DNA of 64,000 nt from Armatimonadota bacterium (GTDB lineage: Bacteria; Armatimonadota; UBA5829; DTLH01): positions 1 to 64,000 of the forward strand of contig JBBRAE010000014.1 in NCBI GenBank assembly GCA_038207085.1, in the 5' to 3' direction. The notes under the pieces were generated by a model, which did no database searches, was not told the origin of the DNA, and was given only the letters and a program-made list of their open reading frames with translations. The translations under genes and the position numbers were made by a program. Positions 30,469 through 41,759 of this stretch are shown one piece after another. The stretch's first letter is position 1; each line of letters opens with the position of its first letter.

Positions 30469-31605
30469 AACGACCGTCACGCGACTTTTGGATACTGGTA
30501 CTGATACTCGTAGGCGGCGCTGTTGCGACCCACTTCCTCGGACTGCGCGCGCGCAACCAAGTGGACGAACCAAGCAGCTATTCGGCAGGTAAGTCGGGCC
30601 TAAAGGCGCTTTACCTCGGGCTTGAGAAGCTCGGGTTCCGCGTGGGACGCCAGACCCGTCACTTCGACCGTATACCCGCCGACGCGCGGGTGATCATCTC
30701 GCCGGGGAGCGTCAACTCCCAAGACTCCGAGGCGATTTCAAAATGGGTCGAGAAGGGCAATACGCTCATTCTGACCAGCTCGGGCTCGACGCTCGGCGAT
30801 GACAACGACTGGTTCATGACCGACTTCGATCATCGACCGCCGAAGCTTCCGCGCACCGTGAAACCCGAAGGGGGGCGGTACTCAAGAGACGTTGAGCGCG
30901 TTCGGATTTACCCGTCGTCGTTCATCTACCGCGCCGCTAACGACGATACGATTTCGATTGTGGAGGTTGAAAAGGGCGTAGCCGTAGCTGAAAGGCAGAT
31001 GGGGCGGGGTAGGGTGATCCTCGTCACCGACCCATCGATGCTCGCCAACTCCGGCATCCGCGGGGAGGACAACTTCGTCCTGATCTCGAACCTCGTATAT
31101 GAGAACGCGGGGCGCGGGGACCGGGTGCTTTTTGCCGAGTGGAGTCGGATGCCCGACGCCGCAGGCAAGGACACGGGGCCGCTTCTTGGGCGTGCGGGGA
31201 GGCTTGCTTATGGGTGGTTTATTGCTGTAGTCTTGATCGCGCTTCTTAGTTCTGCTCGGCGATTTGGCGCAGTTCACCCCCTAAAGGGACGGGAAGAGCG
31301 GCGAAAAGGCGCAGAGTTTGTGCAGGCGATTGCTGGGCTTTACCGGCGCGCCGAGGCCCGAGACGCTGCGTTTTCGGCGATATATCAGGAGTTTCGTCGG
31401 GAGATTTTTCTGCGTTTTGGCGTCTCCCCCGAGGCAAAACCCTCGGAGGCCGCTGATGCGGTGCTTCGGGCGAGGAATATCGACGCGGCGAGGCTTGCCG
31501 CGCTTCTTGAACGTTGTGAAGGTGTAACGGGCGGATCTGAGCTTTCGGACCACGATGCGGTCGAGCTCGTTCGCGCGATTGAGGACTTTAGAAGGGAGCT
31601 TGGAA

Positions 31606-31628
<23 letters not shown>
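30465..31628 (+). CDS. DUF4350 domain protein
   Basis: SSYS....G.KALY..L, WVEKGNTL, G.GRVIL, N..I...DN, RRFG, EFV.AIA.LY.RA. Confidence 0.82.
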
Positions 31629-32577
<949 letters not shown>

Positions 32578-32578
32578 T

Positions 32579-32778
32579 GGGGGCAGGAGGGGTAGTAGGC
32601 CTCGCTTAGCACCAGGTAACCGGGCGATGACATATCAACCGCAACCCTGATCTCGTTGTTGTTTCGTCGGGTGATCTTGACGTGGTCAGGCCTCTTTGAG
32701 GCGACTGCTCTTGGCGGCGTGGCATCTGATTCCAGTATCGCCACCCTTCTCGGATCGAAGGCCTTTGACTTGATGGCG
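32579..32778 (-). pseudogene. Fragment of the C-terminus of a YfhO-family (GT-C) protein
   Basis: FDPRRVAILE...NNEIRVAVDMSSPGYLVLSEAYYP, truncated at both ends. Confidence 0.6.
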
Positions 32779-33290
32779 CAAAGTGTGCGACCAAGTAAAT
32801 AAGAGCAGACGCGGTCGCGATGCGCGCAAACGACCTCCGGCAGACGACTCTCCGGCCGATCTTGCGGTCGCAGATCAGCACCATCGCCACCAGTCCAATG
32901 CTTGATACTACAAGCGCCGAAAGCGCTGCGCCGATCATACCCATCTTTGGAACAAGCGCGAGGTTGAACGCCACTGACCCGGTAAGAAGCGCCCCTGTGG
33001 CGATAAGCGGCGTGCGCGTGTCTCCCATCGCGACAAAGACGTTGTGCAGTAAACGGTGCGCGAGCAAGTTGCCGATAAGCGCGCCCTTTGCGCCGTAACC
33101 CATCGAAACAAGCGTGATCACCACTACCAATTTGACCAGCGCGTAGACGTTCATCGTCACTCCGAAGTCGCCATAAGCCGACGGGCCGAGAGCGCGACCG
33201 ATGTAGCAATGGATCGCGTAGCCGCAGACCATGTAGAAGCTCTGCGATGTGACAAACGCGAACGCGCCTCTGGCTACACTGTCTTCTTTT
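32760..33290 (-). pseudogene. Internally deleted paralog of the neighbouring flippase
   Basis: Three blocks align to the N-terminal, middle and C-terminal parts of 34485-36023 (EDSVARG..LGPSAYG; KL...LV.MGYG.KGAL.GN; GDTRTPL..NL.LVP.MGMIGAA); ~300 aa missing. Confidence 0.75.
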
Positions 33291-34488
33291 TGGGATGAAC
33301 AGCGTCTATCCCCCGTTTGCGCTTGTCTACATATCGCAGGACCTCCGCTGCGACCGACGATGCCCGTCTATCGAGCCCACTTTTGTAGGTGTTTTCGACC
33401 TGAGAGATCATTCGATCAAGCCCAAAGAGCGCTCGGGCGCGGGCGCGTCCGGCGGCTCCCATCGCTCCCCTGTCACCACTGGCAAGCACTCGTTCTATGG
33501 CGGCGGCGAGCCGGTCAGGGTCCTTTGGAGGCACTACGCAGCCAGTGACGCCATCGGTGATCGTCTCGCGCACGCCTGCCACATCGGTCGCAACGACGGG
33601 AAGACCTGCGGCCATCGCCTCGATGACGGCAAGGGAGTGACCTTCCCAAAGCGACGACATCGCAAAGACGTCAAAGGCGCTCATCACGCTTGCAACGTCG
33701 GGTCTGAAGCCTGTAAAGTAGATCTTGTGGGCGATTCCGAGGTCGCATGCGGCCCGTTTGAGGATGGAGGTCTCCTCGCCGTCACCGACCAGCGCAAAGA
33801 CCACATCCGGGCGCTTTGACGCGACGACTTTCGCCGCGCGCAGCAGATCGGTCAGGTTCTTCTGTCTGGTGAACCGGGCGACGGTGCCGACGACCCTGCA
33901 GCCATCGGGGATGTCGAGCTTTTTCCTTGCGGCGGACTTGTTCAGCGCGCACTCGTAGCGGGAGACATCGGCCCCGCTGTGGATTACCGTGAGCTTGTTC
34001 TCCGGCACACCAAGGGCGATCATCCGCCGGTAGAGGTCGTCTGAGACTGTGATGATCGAATCGGTTACGCGGCTGAGCGCGCGGTCCATAGTCCTGTATG
34101 CCGAGCGTTTTGCGCCGTAGACCGGACTGTCTTTCTTGAACATATCCTCGGGCATGGTATGCACGGTGTGGACGACTCTCCGGCAGCCTGCGAGTTTGGC
34201 GGCGACTCGGCCCGTCATTCCCCCGCGCACTCCGTGGGTGTGGATCACATCGACTTCCAGTTCTTTGGCCGCTCGACAGATCGCCGCGACGGCGGCTGGG
34301 TTGGGCCAGTGGCGGAAACTGGTCTGAACGGTCGGGATGTCGGAGGCGCGCAGCAGCTTATGAAAATCCTGATGATTGCACGAAACAGCGACCTCGTGTC
34401 CTCGGCCGATCAGACCGAGCGCAAGGTCATAGACGTGGCGCGTCTGCCCTCCAAAAAACGGAGCCCCATCGATTAGAAGCACTCTCAT
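33274..34488 (-). CDS. GT4 glycosyltransferase
   Basis: GGQ.RHV, HTHG, ARF..QKN, GFR.D, SLWEG.SLAVIEAMAAGLPVVATDV.G. Confidence 0.93.
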   Translation of the reverse strand: MRVLLIDGAPFFGGQTRHVYDLALGLIGRGHEVAVSCNHQDFHKLLRASDIPTVQTSFRHWPNPAAVAAICRAAKELEVDVIHTHGVRGGMTGRVAAKLAGCRRVVHTVHTMPEDMFKKDSPVYGAKRSAYRTMDRALSRVTDSIITVSDDLYRRMIALGVPENKLTVIHSGADVSRYECALNKSAARKKLDIPDGCRVVGTVARFTRQKNLTDLLRAAKVVASKRPDVVFALVGDGEETSILKRAACDLGIAHKIYFTGFRPDVASVMSAFDVFAMSSLWEGHSLAVIEAMAAGLPVVATDVAGVRETITDGVTGCVVPPKDPDRLAAAIERVLASGDRGAMGAAGRARARALFGLDRMISQVENTYKSGLDRRASSVAAEVLRYVDKRKRGIDAVHPKKKTV

Positions 34489-36023
34489 GTTGTGATATCC
34501 CCCAAGTCAGTCTTGATCTCTGGTTTTGAAATGCGTAGTCCGGGTTCTTCGCGTGTGCGTCGCCGTCGCCTTGACACGATCGCGTTCAGCCTTACGACTT
34601 CAGAGCGCGACACCTCACCCATTGCGATCATTGCAGTGATGTAGAGAAATATCAGCCCAAAGCTTGCGCCTATGACCGACGTGCCGTTCGCGGGCATAGC
34701 TTTTGCCACCCCGTAGACTATCAGAGCACCGACGACCGATCTTGCCGCCGTTGCAGGCGCGATCAGTCTGCCGATTTCCATTGCGCCGATCACCAAAAAC
34801 ACCGCGAGCCCTACAGCCGTTGTAATCAGCAGGGCGATCGCAGCCCCAAGCATACCAAGCCTCGGCACGAGGGTCACATTTAGCACGACGGCAGCCGCAA
34901 TCAGGCCTATGGTACCCAAAAGCGGCGTCTTGCTATCACCTCGGGCGACCATCGAATTGTAAAGCGCGTTTAGTAGCCCCGCGCAGGTCATCGCAAGCGC
35001 AAGCACGGGGAGTGCGGCAGCCCCTGAGGCGTACCGGGCGCCAAATAGAAGATCGATGATGCCTTTTGACTCACCGGCGAGGATAGCCGTCACCGGAGCG
35101 GCGAGCAGGAGATGGGTTCGAAGCGCCCGGACGAGGTGGGCACGGAACTCGTCCGGGTCATCCTCGTGCCAAGCCCTCGAAAGCGCGGGAAGCGTCGCCG
35201 TCGCGATGCCTAGAAACACCATGAACGGCGCTTTGGCAAGGGCGCTCGCTGCGGTGTAGAACCCCACGTCGTCGGGGTTGGACATAAACGCCTTTACCGC
35301 AAACAGGTCTATACTGACAAGCAGTGTGAAAGTGACCGCCAGAGCCGATGTCCCCCCTGCAAACTTCACAAGCTCGCGAATTGGGTATCCCTGCGCCTTT
35401 GGGAGCCCTCCCGCGAACACTAGCGCCGCCCCAAGCCCCGCGACCGAGGCCAGAATGTTCCCGACAAGCGCACCGGCAACCCCAAAGCCCAGGGCGACCA
35501 AAGTAAGCATCGTCCCGACTTTGCAAGCCGCGTAGGCCATCATCGCGCCCGACTGAAGGGTATAACGCCTCCTGCAGTTGAGCACCGCCGTATAACAGAA
35601 ATAGAACGCAAACACGGGTATATCAAGCGACGCAAGCCTGATCAGCGCCGTGAGTTTGGGGTCGCGTAAGAGCTTTGCGACAAACGGAGCCGCCGCCATC
35701 GCCAAGGCAAATAGCAGCATCGAGTGGATAAACTGCCCTCTTATAGCGGCTCGGGCGATTGCTGGGACAAGGGAGGAGTTCTCCGACCCGAACTTCCTGA
35801 TCGCGTATGGGAAGCCCCCAGTAAGCGACACCTCCGCCCATATCAGAAACGCCATCACAACCCCGAGCGTGCCGTAATCGCTTGGGCCGAGCCTGCGCGC
35901 AACGAAGAAGTGGACGGCGTAACCACCCGCCATAAGGACGAGCTGAGCCGCCATCAGGGAGAACATTCCCCGACCTACGCTGTCCTCGCGACTCGTAATT
36001 GCTTCTTTTCGTGCGACTGCCAA
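34485..36023 (-). CDS. Wzx/MOP-family oligosaccharide flippase
   Basis: ~12-14 TM, ARRLGPSDYG, VGFYTAA, LLFG.RY, LNV.LVPRLG.LGAA; TTG start 36023 with SD GAGGA. Confidence 0.88.
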   Translation of the reverse strand: MAVARKEAITSREDSVGRGMFSLMAAQLVLMAGGYAVHFFVARRLGPSDYGTLGVVMAFLIWAEVSLTGGFPYAIRKFGSENSSLVPAIARAAIRGQFIHSMLLFALAMAAAPFVAKLLRDPKLTALIRLASLDIPVFAFYFCYTAVLNCRRRYTLQSGAMMAYAACKVGTMLTLVALGFGVAGALVGNILASVAGLGAALVFAGGLPKAQGYPIRELVKFAGGTSALAVTFTLLVSIDLFAVKAFMSNPDDVGFYTAASALAKAPFMVFLGIATATLPALSRAWHEDDPDEFRAHLVRALRTHLLLAAPVTAILAGESKGIIDLLFGARYASGAAALPVLALAMTCAGLLNALYNSMVARGDSKTPLLGTIGLIAAAVVLNVTLVPRLGMLGAAIALLITTAVGLAVFLVIGAMEIGRLIAPATAARSVVGALIVYGVAKAMPANGTSVIGASFGLIFLYITAMIAMGEVSRSEVVRLNAIVSRRRRRTREEPGLRISKPEIKTDLGDITT

Positions 36024-36031
36024 GTCTGTCC

Positions 36032-37252
36032 TCACATCCTGATGATCGCTTTGATGATATCCTCGGGCTTCGGTGGGCAGCCCGGAATGTGTATCACGTT
36101 TTTCGGGATATCCTCGAAGTTGTCTAGCACCTCGCGGGCGCAGTCGCCGCTTATGATGATCTTTTGGCCGCGCTTGAACTCGGGTGTTTGCATCCCGCGC
36201 CCGCGGACCACATCTATTCGCCTGAAGAACGTGTAGTACCAGAGCTTGACGAAGAACATCCAGTATCTGGGGTGTCTGCGGGCAAGTTTCGCTGCGCGGA
36301 CGAAGGCGTCGTCGTCGAGGTGGCAGGCGCGGTGGTTCCTCCAGAGGTAAAAATTGTAGTTTCGTTTGACGTCCTGAGGGGCGGGGTCGAACTTGACCGC
36401 GAGGTCTTCCACTCGTTCTCCTCGCACGTCGACGTCCCAATCACCGAGCCCGAGGTCGACGGCTTTGTTGATGTGAATCACTTCGCGGGGGTCCTGTCCC
36501 ATAAGCGCGCTTCCGACTATGTCGGTTTCGACCATCGACTTGCCAACGAGCATCGCCCCGACTGCGACGGGTTCTCCAAGAATCGGCCCATTTCCTTCGA
36601 GACCAACGACGCCGTCTACTATGGTCATATTGGGTTTCACGGCCCGGGCGATCTGGGCGATGGGTTCGTGCAGTCCGATCCTGTGATACGATTGTCTATC
36701 CCGAAATGAAAGCAGCCCCCACTGGTTTTTCATCGCAAGGGTGACGGTGGTGCGGTTGTGGGTCTTTAGCTTTGGGACGTTGATGTAGAGGTCCGACTCA
36801 AGGATCAAGTTTGGGATAGAGAGATGCCCGCTGAAGTAGTGGGCGAGGTCGGAGTCCTCAAAGACGTTTGGGACGTTTTCATAGCCGTAGCCCGCGTGCA
36901 CGTGTGTCCGGGAGCACTCCATCAGGTCGACGAGCTGCACACGTTTGGTCTGTGCAAGCTCGATGTACTTGGCGGCGGCAAATGATCTGCTTGCAGGTAT
37001 CCCAAGCGCCGGAGCTTCGGCGATGGTGATCTGGCGGACCCCATAGTCGCGCAGAATGTTGATGATCGCCTCGATGACGACGGGGTGGGTGACGATTCCC
37101 GAATCAGGTGCCATCGCCTGGACCAGGTTCGGCTTGATCACCGCAGTCTTTGCACCGCTTAGGTCGATATTGAGTTCTTTTACTGCACGTTCTATTATCC
37201 CCTCGATCCGATCGAGGTCGTAATCGTGGACTGCGTCCAGATAAACAGCCAT
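36032..37252 (-). CDS. DUF362 domain (Fe-S associated) protein
   Basis: IKPNLV, THP, INVPKLKTH, TLAMKN, DG..GLEG.GP..G, C-terminal G.C...IPGCPP. Confidence 0.88.
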   Translation of the reverse strand: MAVYLDAVHDYDLDRIEGIIERAVKELNIDLSGAKTAVIKPNLVQAMAPDSGIVTHPVVIEAIINILRDYGVRQITIAEAPALGIPASRSFAAAKYIELAQTKRVQLVDLMECSRTHVHAGYGYENVPNVFEDSDLAHYFSGHLSIPNLILESDLYINVPKLKTHNRTTVTLAMKNQWGLLSFRDRQSYHRIGLHEPIAQIARAVKPNMTIVDGVVGLEGNGPILGEPVAVGAMLVGKSMVETDIVGSALMGQDPREVIHINKAVDLGLGDWDVDVRGERVEDLAVKFDPAPQDVKRNYNFYLWRNHRACHLDDDAFVRAAKLARRHPRYWMFFVKLWYYTFFRRIDVVRGRGMQTPEFKRGQKIIISGDCAREVLDNFEDIPKNVIHIPGCPPKPEDIIKAIIRM

Positions 37253-37319
37253 TTGTCGCCTCTCATTGAACTGTGTCAGATGTTGAACTTCCGCTTGGTC
37301 GAGCGCGCGTGTTCTGCCA

Positions 37320-37492
37320 AGAGCGTGTCTGAGAAGTGTAGTGGCCGTCCGCCGTGACGGCCATCGGCTCCGAAGTAGCCGGAAAACGGTGGAAATTCGT
37401 ACCAATTGAACATTGATACGAGATTGCGCCGTAGGCGCTGATGGCCGGCACGGCGACCGGCCACTACAATCGGGATTTCTCAGATACGCTCT
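37320..37492. mobile_element. 173-bp MITE-like element carrying a GTAG-REP doublet
   Basis: 16-bp TIRs AGAGCGTGTCTGAGAA / TTCTCAGATACGCTCT (1 mismatch); inner inverted 28-mers at 37338-37365 and 37440-37467. Confidence 0.72.
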
Positions 37493-37516
37493 AAGTCTTG
37501 TCGGTCCTATGGGTTC

Positions 37517-37879
37517 TTAGATTAGCCCCCGTTCCCTATACCAACCCACCATTCGCATTATTCCTTCGGGCAGCTCGACCTTTGGCTGATATCCGAGCAT
37601 TTGCTGCGCTTTTGATATGTCTGAGGCATGGGTTCGAGCAAAGAAATCCACCTGGTAACGGGTGAACTTCGGCTCTCTTGAGAGCACCTTGCCAGTGATC
37701 TCCGCACCGAGTGCCGCGATCTTCGCCGCAAACGCCGCCTTTTCCCCTTCGCATTTGGTCCGCTCATAGGCTCCTGTCGGTCGATTTTCCAGCGCGGTGC
37801 GGTCGGATGTCGGCCTGACCAGCGCCTGTACCCGGTGTCGGACGATGAACCCCGTAGTTCCGGTTACGAGCACTAGCAT
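37517..37879 (-). pseudogene. Internally deleted NAD-dependent epimerase/dehydratase
   Basis: VLVTGTTGFI, ALVRPTS, YERTK (YxxxK) and DISKAQQMLGYQP compressed into 120 aa. Confidence 0.8.
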
Positions 37880-39030
37880 GCTACGTGATCCTCCCGCGAT
37901 GCAAGGCTTTCGATCGTTTCGGTCATCCGGTCCCAGGAGAATACCTCACGGAAGTTTCTGATGTTGTGGGCGAACTCCTCGGCCTTGTTTTCTCTGAAGA
38001 ACCGCACTATAGCCTCGGCGATCGCTTTGGAGTCAAGCGGGCGCACCACATAGCCGGTTTCGCCGTCTTTCACAGTCTCAGGAAGCCCTCCGACGCTTGT
38101 CGTGATGACGGGGCGATCGAGCCCGTAAGCAATCTGCGCGATCCCGCTCTGGGTCGCCGACACATAAGGCAGCACGACCACGTCCGCAGCAAGGAAATAG
38201 TCAGCGACGTTCTCATTCGGGACATACTCGTTTCTAAGATGCACTCTGCCCACGATATCGAGCTCTTTGATGAGTCTGGTATACTTGTCATAGGACTCAT
38301 AGAACTCGCCTGCTACCATAAGCGTAGCGTCGATGTTCTGAAGAACCTCGGGCATCGCCTGCACGAGGTAGCGCAGCCCCTTATACTCGCGCACCAGCCC
38401 GAAGAAGAGCACTACCCGTTCTTTTTCCTTGAGATTGAGCCGCCTTCGTGCTTCAGACTTGTGACTGTCGAGCTCGGAGATCGGCCCCTGGGCGAACACC
38501 TCGTAGGTGGGGTGCCTCGCCTTCTTCACTTGCGCGTCCGGGATCATAGCTTTCAGGTTGCAAAGGTCTTCTTCTGAGTGGACGACGAACATGTCGCCTT
38601 TGGATAGCGCAGCCCTGGAGAACGCCTTGACCGGCCCTGTCTGTTCGTGAGGCAGGACGTTGTGGCAGAGAAACATCACCCTGGTGAACTTCCGCAGGCG
38701 CGCGGCGATGTCCCTGAAGGCCGGCGCAAAGAACGGGTGCCACCACTGGATGATCACCAGGTCCGGCTCAAAAGACTTGATCCGGCGGACCGCCCGGATC
38801 CAGGAGGCGGGGTTCATCGAGTCAACGAGTGCCTCCGCCTCCGGCACCGCAAACTTCACCGAACTGTGGTCGGTCTGCCGCTTTCCGGGGAACAGGATGC
38901 TCGGATACTGGCGCGAAAGCGACACGACCTTCACCTCGTGCCGCTTGGCAAGGCTTGAGTAAAGCAGCGCCGTGTAGTGCGCGATTCCCCCCCGAAAAGG
39001 ATAAACCGGTCCGATGATTGCGATGCGCAT
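37873..39030 (-). CDS. GT4 glycosyltransferase
   Basis: GPVYPFRGGIAHY, FFGLVREYKGL, VLPY.SATQSG, VGGLPE. Confidence 0.93.
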   Translation of the reverse strand: MRIAIIGPVYPFRGGIAHYTALLYSSLAKRHEVKVVSLSRQYPSILFPGKRQTDHSSVKFAVPEAEALVDSMNPASWIRAVRRIKSFEPDLVIIQWWHPFFAPAFRDIAARLRKFTRVMFLCHNVLPHEQTGPVKAFSRAALSKGDMFVVHSEEDLCNLKAMIPDAQVKKARHPTYEVFAQGPISELDSHKSEARRRLNLKEKERVVLFFGLVREYKGLRYLVQAMPEVLQNIDATLMVAGEFYESYDKYTRLIKELDIVGRVHLRNEYVPNENVADYFLAADVVVLPYVSATQSGIAQIAYGLDRPVITTSVGGLPETVKDGETGYVVRPLDSKAIAEAIVRFFRENKAEEFAHNIRNFREVFSWDRMTETIESLASREDHVAC

Positions 39031-39129
39031 GAAACAACCTTTCTCTATCGATATGATGCAACATCTAGATCGCGCCCGGTCTCCAGACCCCGTGCGCAGA
39101 TTTTGTATGCGGCAGGAACGCTTCGTTTC

Positions 39130-39400
39130 GTCCCACTTATCAAGTCTAAGAGAGCTTAGTTCCCGCAGCAGCCGTACAATCTCCCGCTGCTGCGGGAACT
39201 TCATTATGCAAAGCCCATATCCTTGCAAGCGCTTCGGATGAGTTGTCTGTGCTGCCGTCATTGGTGAAAAGAATCTCGTAGTCGCCGCCAAGCGACCCCA
39301 GCGCCTCGGACAGCTCGTAATAGAGTGGCTCCAGGTTCTCATCTTCGTTAAATAACGGGATAACTGCCGAAAATGTTTCTTTGCGTTTGTCCGGCGTCGC
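39130..39400 (-). pseudogene. Truncated GT2 (polyprenol-phosphate glycosyltransferase) remnant
   Basis: SAVIPLFNEDENL..LY....EILFTNDGSTDNS, then similarity is lost and a stop follows. Confidence 0.7.
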
Positions 39401-39583
39401 GCTGCCGGAGTTTGATCTCAAGCGTGCTTCCACTGCTATTCGACCGCCTCCGCGAGCATCACCCCAATGGGTGGTTATTCCCACCTGTATGGGAAGTGAG
39501 TTACCCACCAGCCTGTAGCGCGAAACATCAGAAACGATTTCAACACTGATCAAACTCGACCGCAATAGTATGTCTGAGGTGAC

Positions 39584-41059
39584 ATGGGCAACCGTATGCA
39601 GATTGCAGTAAATTCTCGCCGGAATTATGCCGACAATCAACATGAAATGGATCGTCACCGGGATGGCAGTAGAGTTGTGAATACGATTGGAAATCGGCTA
39701 GTCGGAGAGCAGGAAGCACAAGGCGCTAGGCGAGGCTTGGTTGCAAAACTGAGTGTCTGGTTCGGAGCGCTTGCTTTGTTCGCTGTGCTGTCGTGCGTCT
39801 TCGGTCGGGCCCTTCCTGCGCCCGGTCCGACCCCGATAACGGCTTTCTTTGCAGTAAACGCCGTTTCCTACTTGCTCGCCTTTTTCCACTGTCTACTAAG
39901 GCTGATCTACTCGCGCTGGCCCAGTTGGTTTCTGTTTACCCTCGGTTTCGGCGCTCTCACGCTTTCGGGCCTTGCTGGGGTAGTAGAGAACTCCCACTTT
40001 GGGTCAAACCCGATGATCGGCGCCTATCTTGAGCTGTTCAGGCTCGGCATTCTGCCTGTTGCGACGGTAGTTCTGCTTGCTTCGGCCTATGCTTCGCGCG
40101 CTCGGGCCAGGGGACACCGCATCGGTAGCTTGAAGACGTTCTTCAAAGGGTTCTTGATGCTGACTATCCTGGGCTCGGTGTGGCGGATTGGCGGCTTTGA
40201 GCTGATAGGACGACTGATCGGCGCGACCAGCGTGAACGCCAACCTCGCGGTCGAGGTATGTTCGGCCCTTGCGCTTGGCGTGTTCATCTTCCGCGTCCGC
40301 CGACTCGCTCGGGAGGAGCACGATGAGATTGTGGCTCCCGCGGGTTATTGGGCGATTGCCGTATTCACCGGCCGCGTACTTGCGATATTTTGCTATCTGA
40401 CTCATCAGTCCATGTGGTGGCAGATCACGGGGCTGGAGCTTGCTGGGATTGGGGCGTTGCTCCTTGGCCTTGGGCTTGCAAACGAGCAGACCCACCGGCA
40501 GGCCACCGAAAAGATGACAGAGCTTCAGTCGATGCAGCGTGTGTCGTGGTCACTCGTTGGCGCAACGAACCTTGAGGAGCTCACAGACGCGCTTGTCAGA
40601 GGGATGGCGGAGAACTTCGGCGCAACCGCAGCAGCGGTATATCTTGCCGGGGATACTGACGAGGAGTTGGTGATAGCTGCGACTGCCGGGATCGATGACC
40701 CGACGGTCGCGGTCGGCAAAGTGTGTTCGATGCGTCCTGACCGCAGGCGGGGGTTTCACTCCGGCCACACCGCGCGTGCTTTCGCAAGCGGTGAAATCCA
40801 GTTGGTGACGGATATCTTCTCAGACGTGGAGTTCTTGCCTTGGAGGACGGTTGCGCAGGCGGATGGGATAGTCGTATCGGTGCCACTTCCGTATAGAAAC
40901 CGGCAGATAGGCGTGGTGGCTCTCTACCTCCACGGTGTAGAAAACATCTCAGACGCGCAGTCCGACCTGTTGCAGTCGATCGCCGCAGCGGTTTCTCCCT
41001 CGATAGAAAACTCACGGCTGCGCTCGGCGCTATCTCAATCTACCGAACAGGCGGCGTAG
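39584..41059 (+). CDS. Multi-TM membrane protein with C-terminal GAF domain and no output domain
   Basis: ~8 hydrophobic segments, then AAAVYL...ELVIAA, SVPL......IGV..L, LLQSIA....IENSRL; start uncertain. Confidence 0.75.
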   Translation: MGNRMQIAVNSRRNYADNQHEMDRHRDGSRVVNTIGNRLVGEQEAQGARRGLVAKLSVWFGALALFAVLSCVFGRALPAPGPTPITAFFAVNAVSYLLAFFHCLLRLIYSRWPSWFLFTLGFGALTLSGLAGVVENSHFGSNPMIGAYLELFRLGILPVATVVLLASAYASRARARGHRIGSLKTFFKGFLMLTILGSVWRIGGFELIGRLIGATSVNANLAVEVCSALALGVFIFRVRRLAREEHDEIVAPAGYWAIAVFTGRVLAIFCYLTHQSMWWQITGLELAGIGALLLGLGLANEQTHRQATEKMTELQSMQRVSWSLVGATNLEELTDALVRGMAENFGATAAAVYLAGDTDEELVIAATAGIDDPTVAVGKVCSMRPDRRRGFHSGHTARAFASGEIQLVTDIFSDVEFLPWRTVAQADGIVVSVPLPYRNRQIGVVALYLHGVENISDAQSDLLQSIAAAVSPSIENSRLRSALSQSTEQAA

Positions 41060-41072
41060 TCCTAACGGCTAA

Positions 41073-41270
41073 CTACGGCAAGTGATCAGGCGTCGCTCCG
41101 GCCCCGACAAGCTCCTCGTGTTCGTGCATATCCTCGTTGCCAAGGAGGCACCCAACGGACGGCTTGAGCAGCGCTTTAAAGAAGTGAGACCACTCCAGCT
41201 TGCGTTTGCACGAGCAGCAGACGTCGGTGTGTTTCTCGTTAATTGTCCCGCACCAGAAGCACTTCAACAT
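41073..41270 (-). CDS. Small zinc-ribbon protein
   Basis: CFWCG..N......CCSCKRKL motif; purine-rich SD. Confidence 0.6.
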   Translation of the reverse strand: MLKCFWCGTINEKHTDVCCSCKRKLEWSHFFKALLKPSVGCLLGNEDMHEHEELVGAGATPDHLP

Positions 41271-41495
41271 AGTGTTTCGAATCCCTTTCAAGCATTGACC
41301 AGAATGCCCCAGGAGCTGTCCTGACTTCCGTTAACTCCCGGTAATAATCCCTGCAAGAATCGTACCAGGTAAGCAGATTTACTCCGTTTTCCACAGGTAT
41401 TTTTTGTGGGATGGAGGCTGAGGGTGGGGGATAACGAGATTGGGAGGCCTGATTAGCTTCCATTTGATGTTATACATTGATAGATGTGTCTAGCG

Positions 41496-41690
41496 CACCC
41501 TTCGAGAGCCTCAGGGTGAGGGGTTGGCTTGGGTGAAATGTGAGAGATCGTACCTATGCCCTGAGGCTATACACCGCCATCTTGAGCAGCGAAGCGTCTG
41601 CTGAGGCTCTCGAAGCACGAAGGATGAGCGACCACTATCTCTCATATTTGATCAATCCAAAACCCATCACGTTGAGGCTCTCGAAACGTG
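41496..41690. repeat. Three REP-like hairpins with constant core TGAGGCTCTCGAA
   Basis: 41496-41518 (reverse), 41599-41617 and 41668-41690, each with a different self-complementary closing stem. Confidence 0.75.
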
Positions 41691-41759
41691 CGCTCCACCC
41701 AAACCCTCGACACCCGCCAATCTCCCCGAAGCTAATCCCCAGCCCCTGCTTCCCAAAAA

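Noticed and set aside
36024..36440. Long N-terminal extension of the flippase
   Set aside because: Overlaps the DUF362 CDS; SD and TTG at 36023
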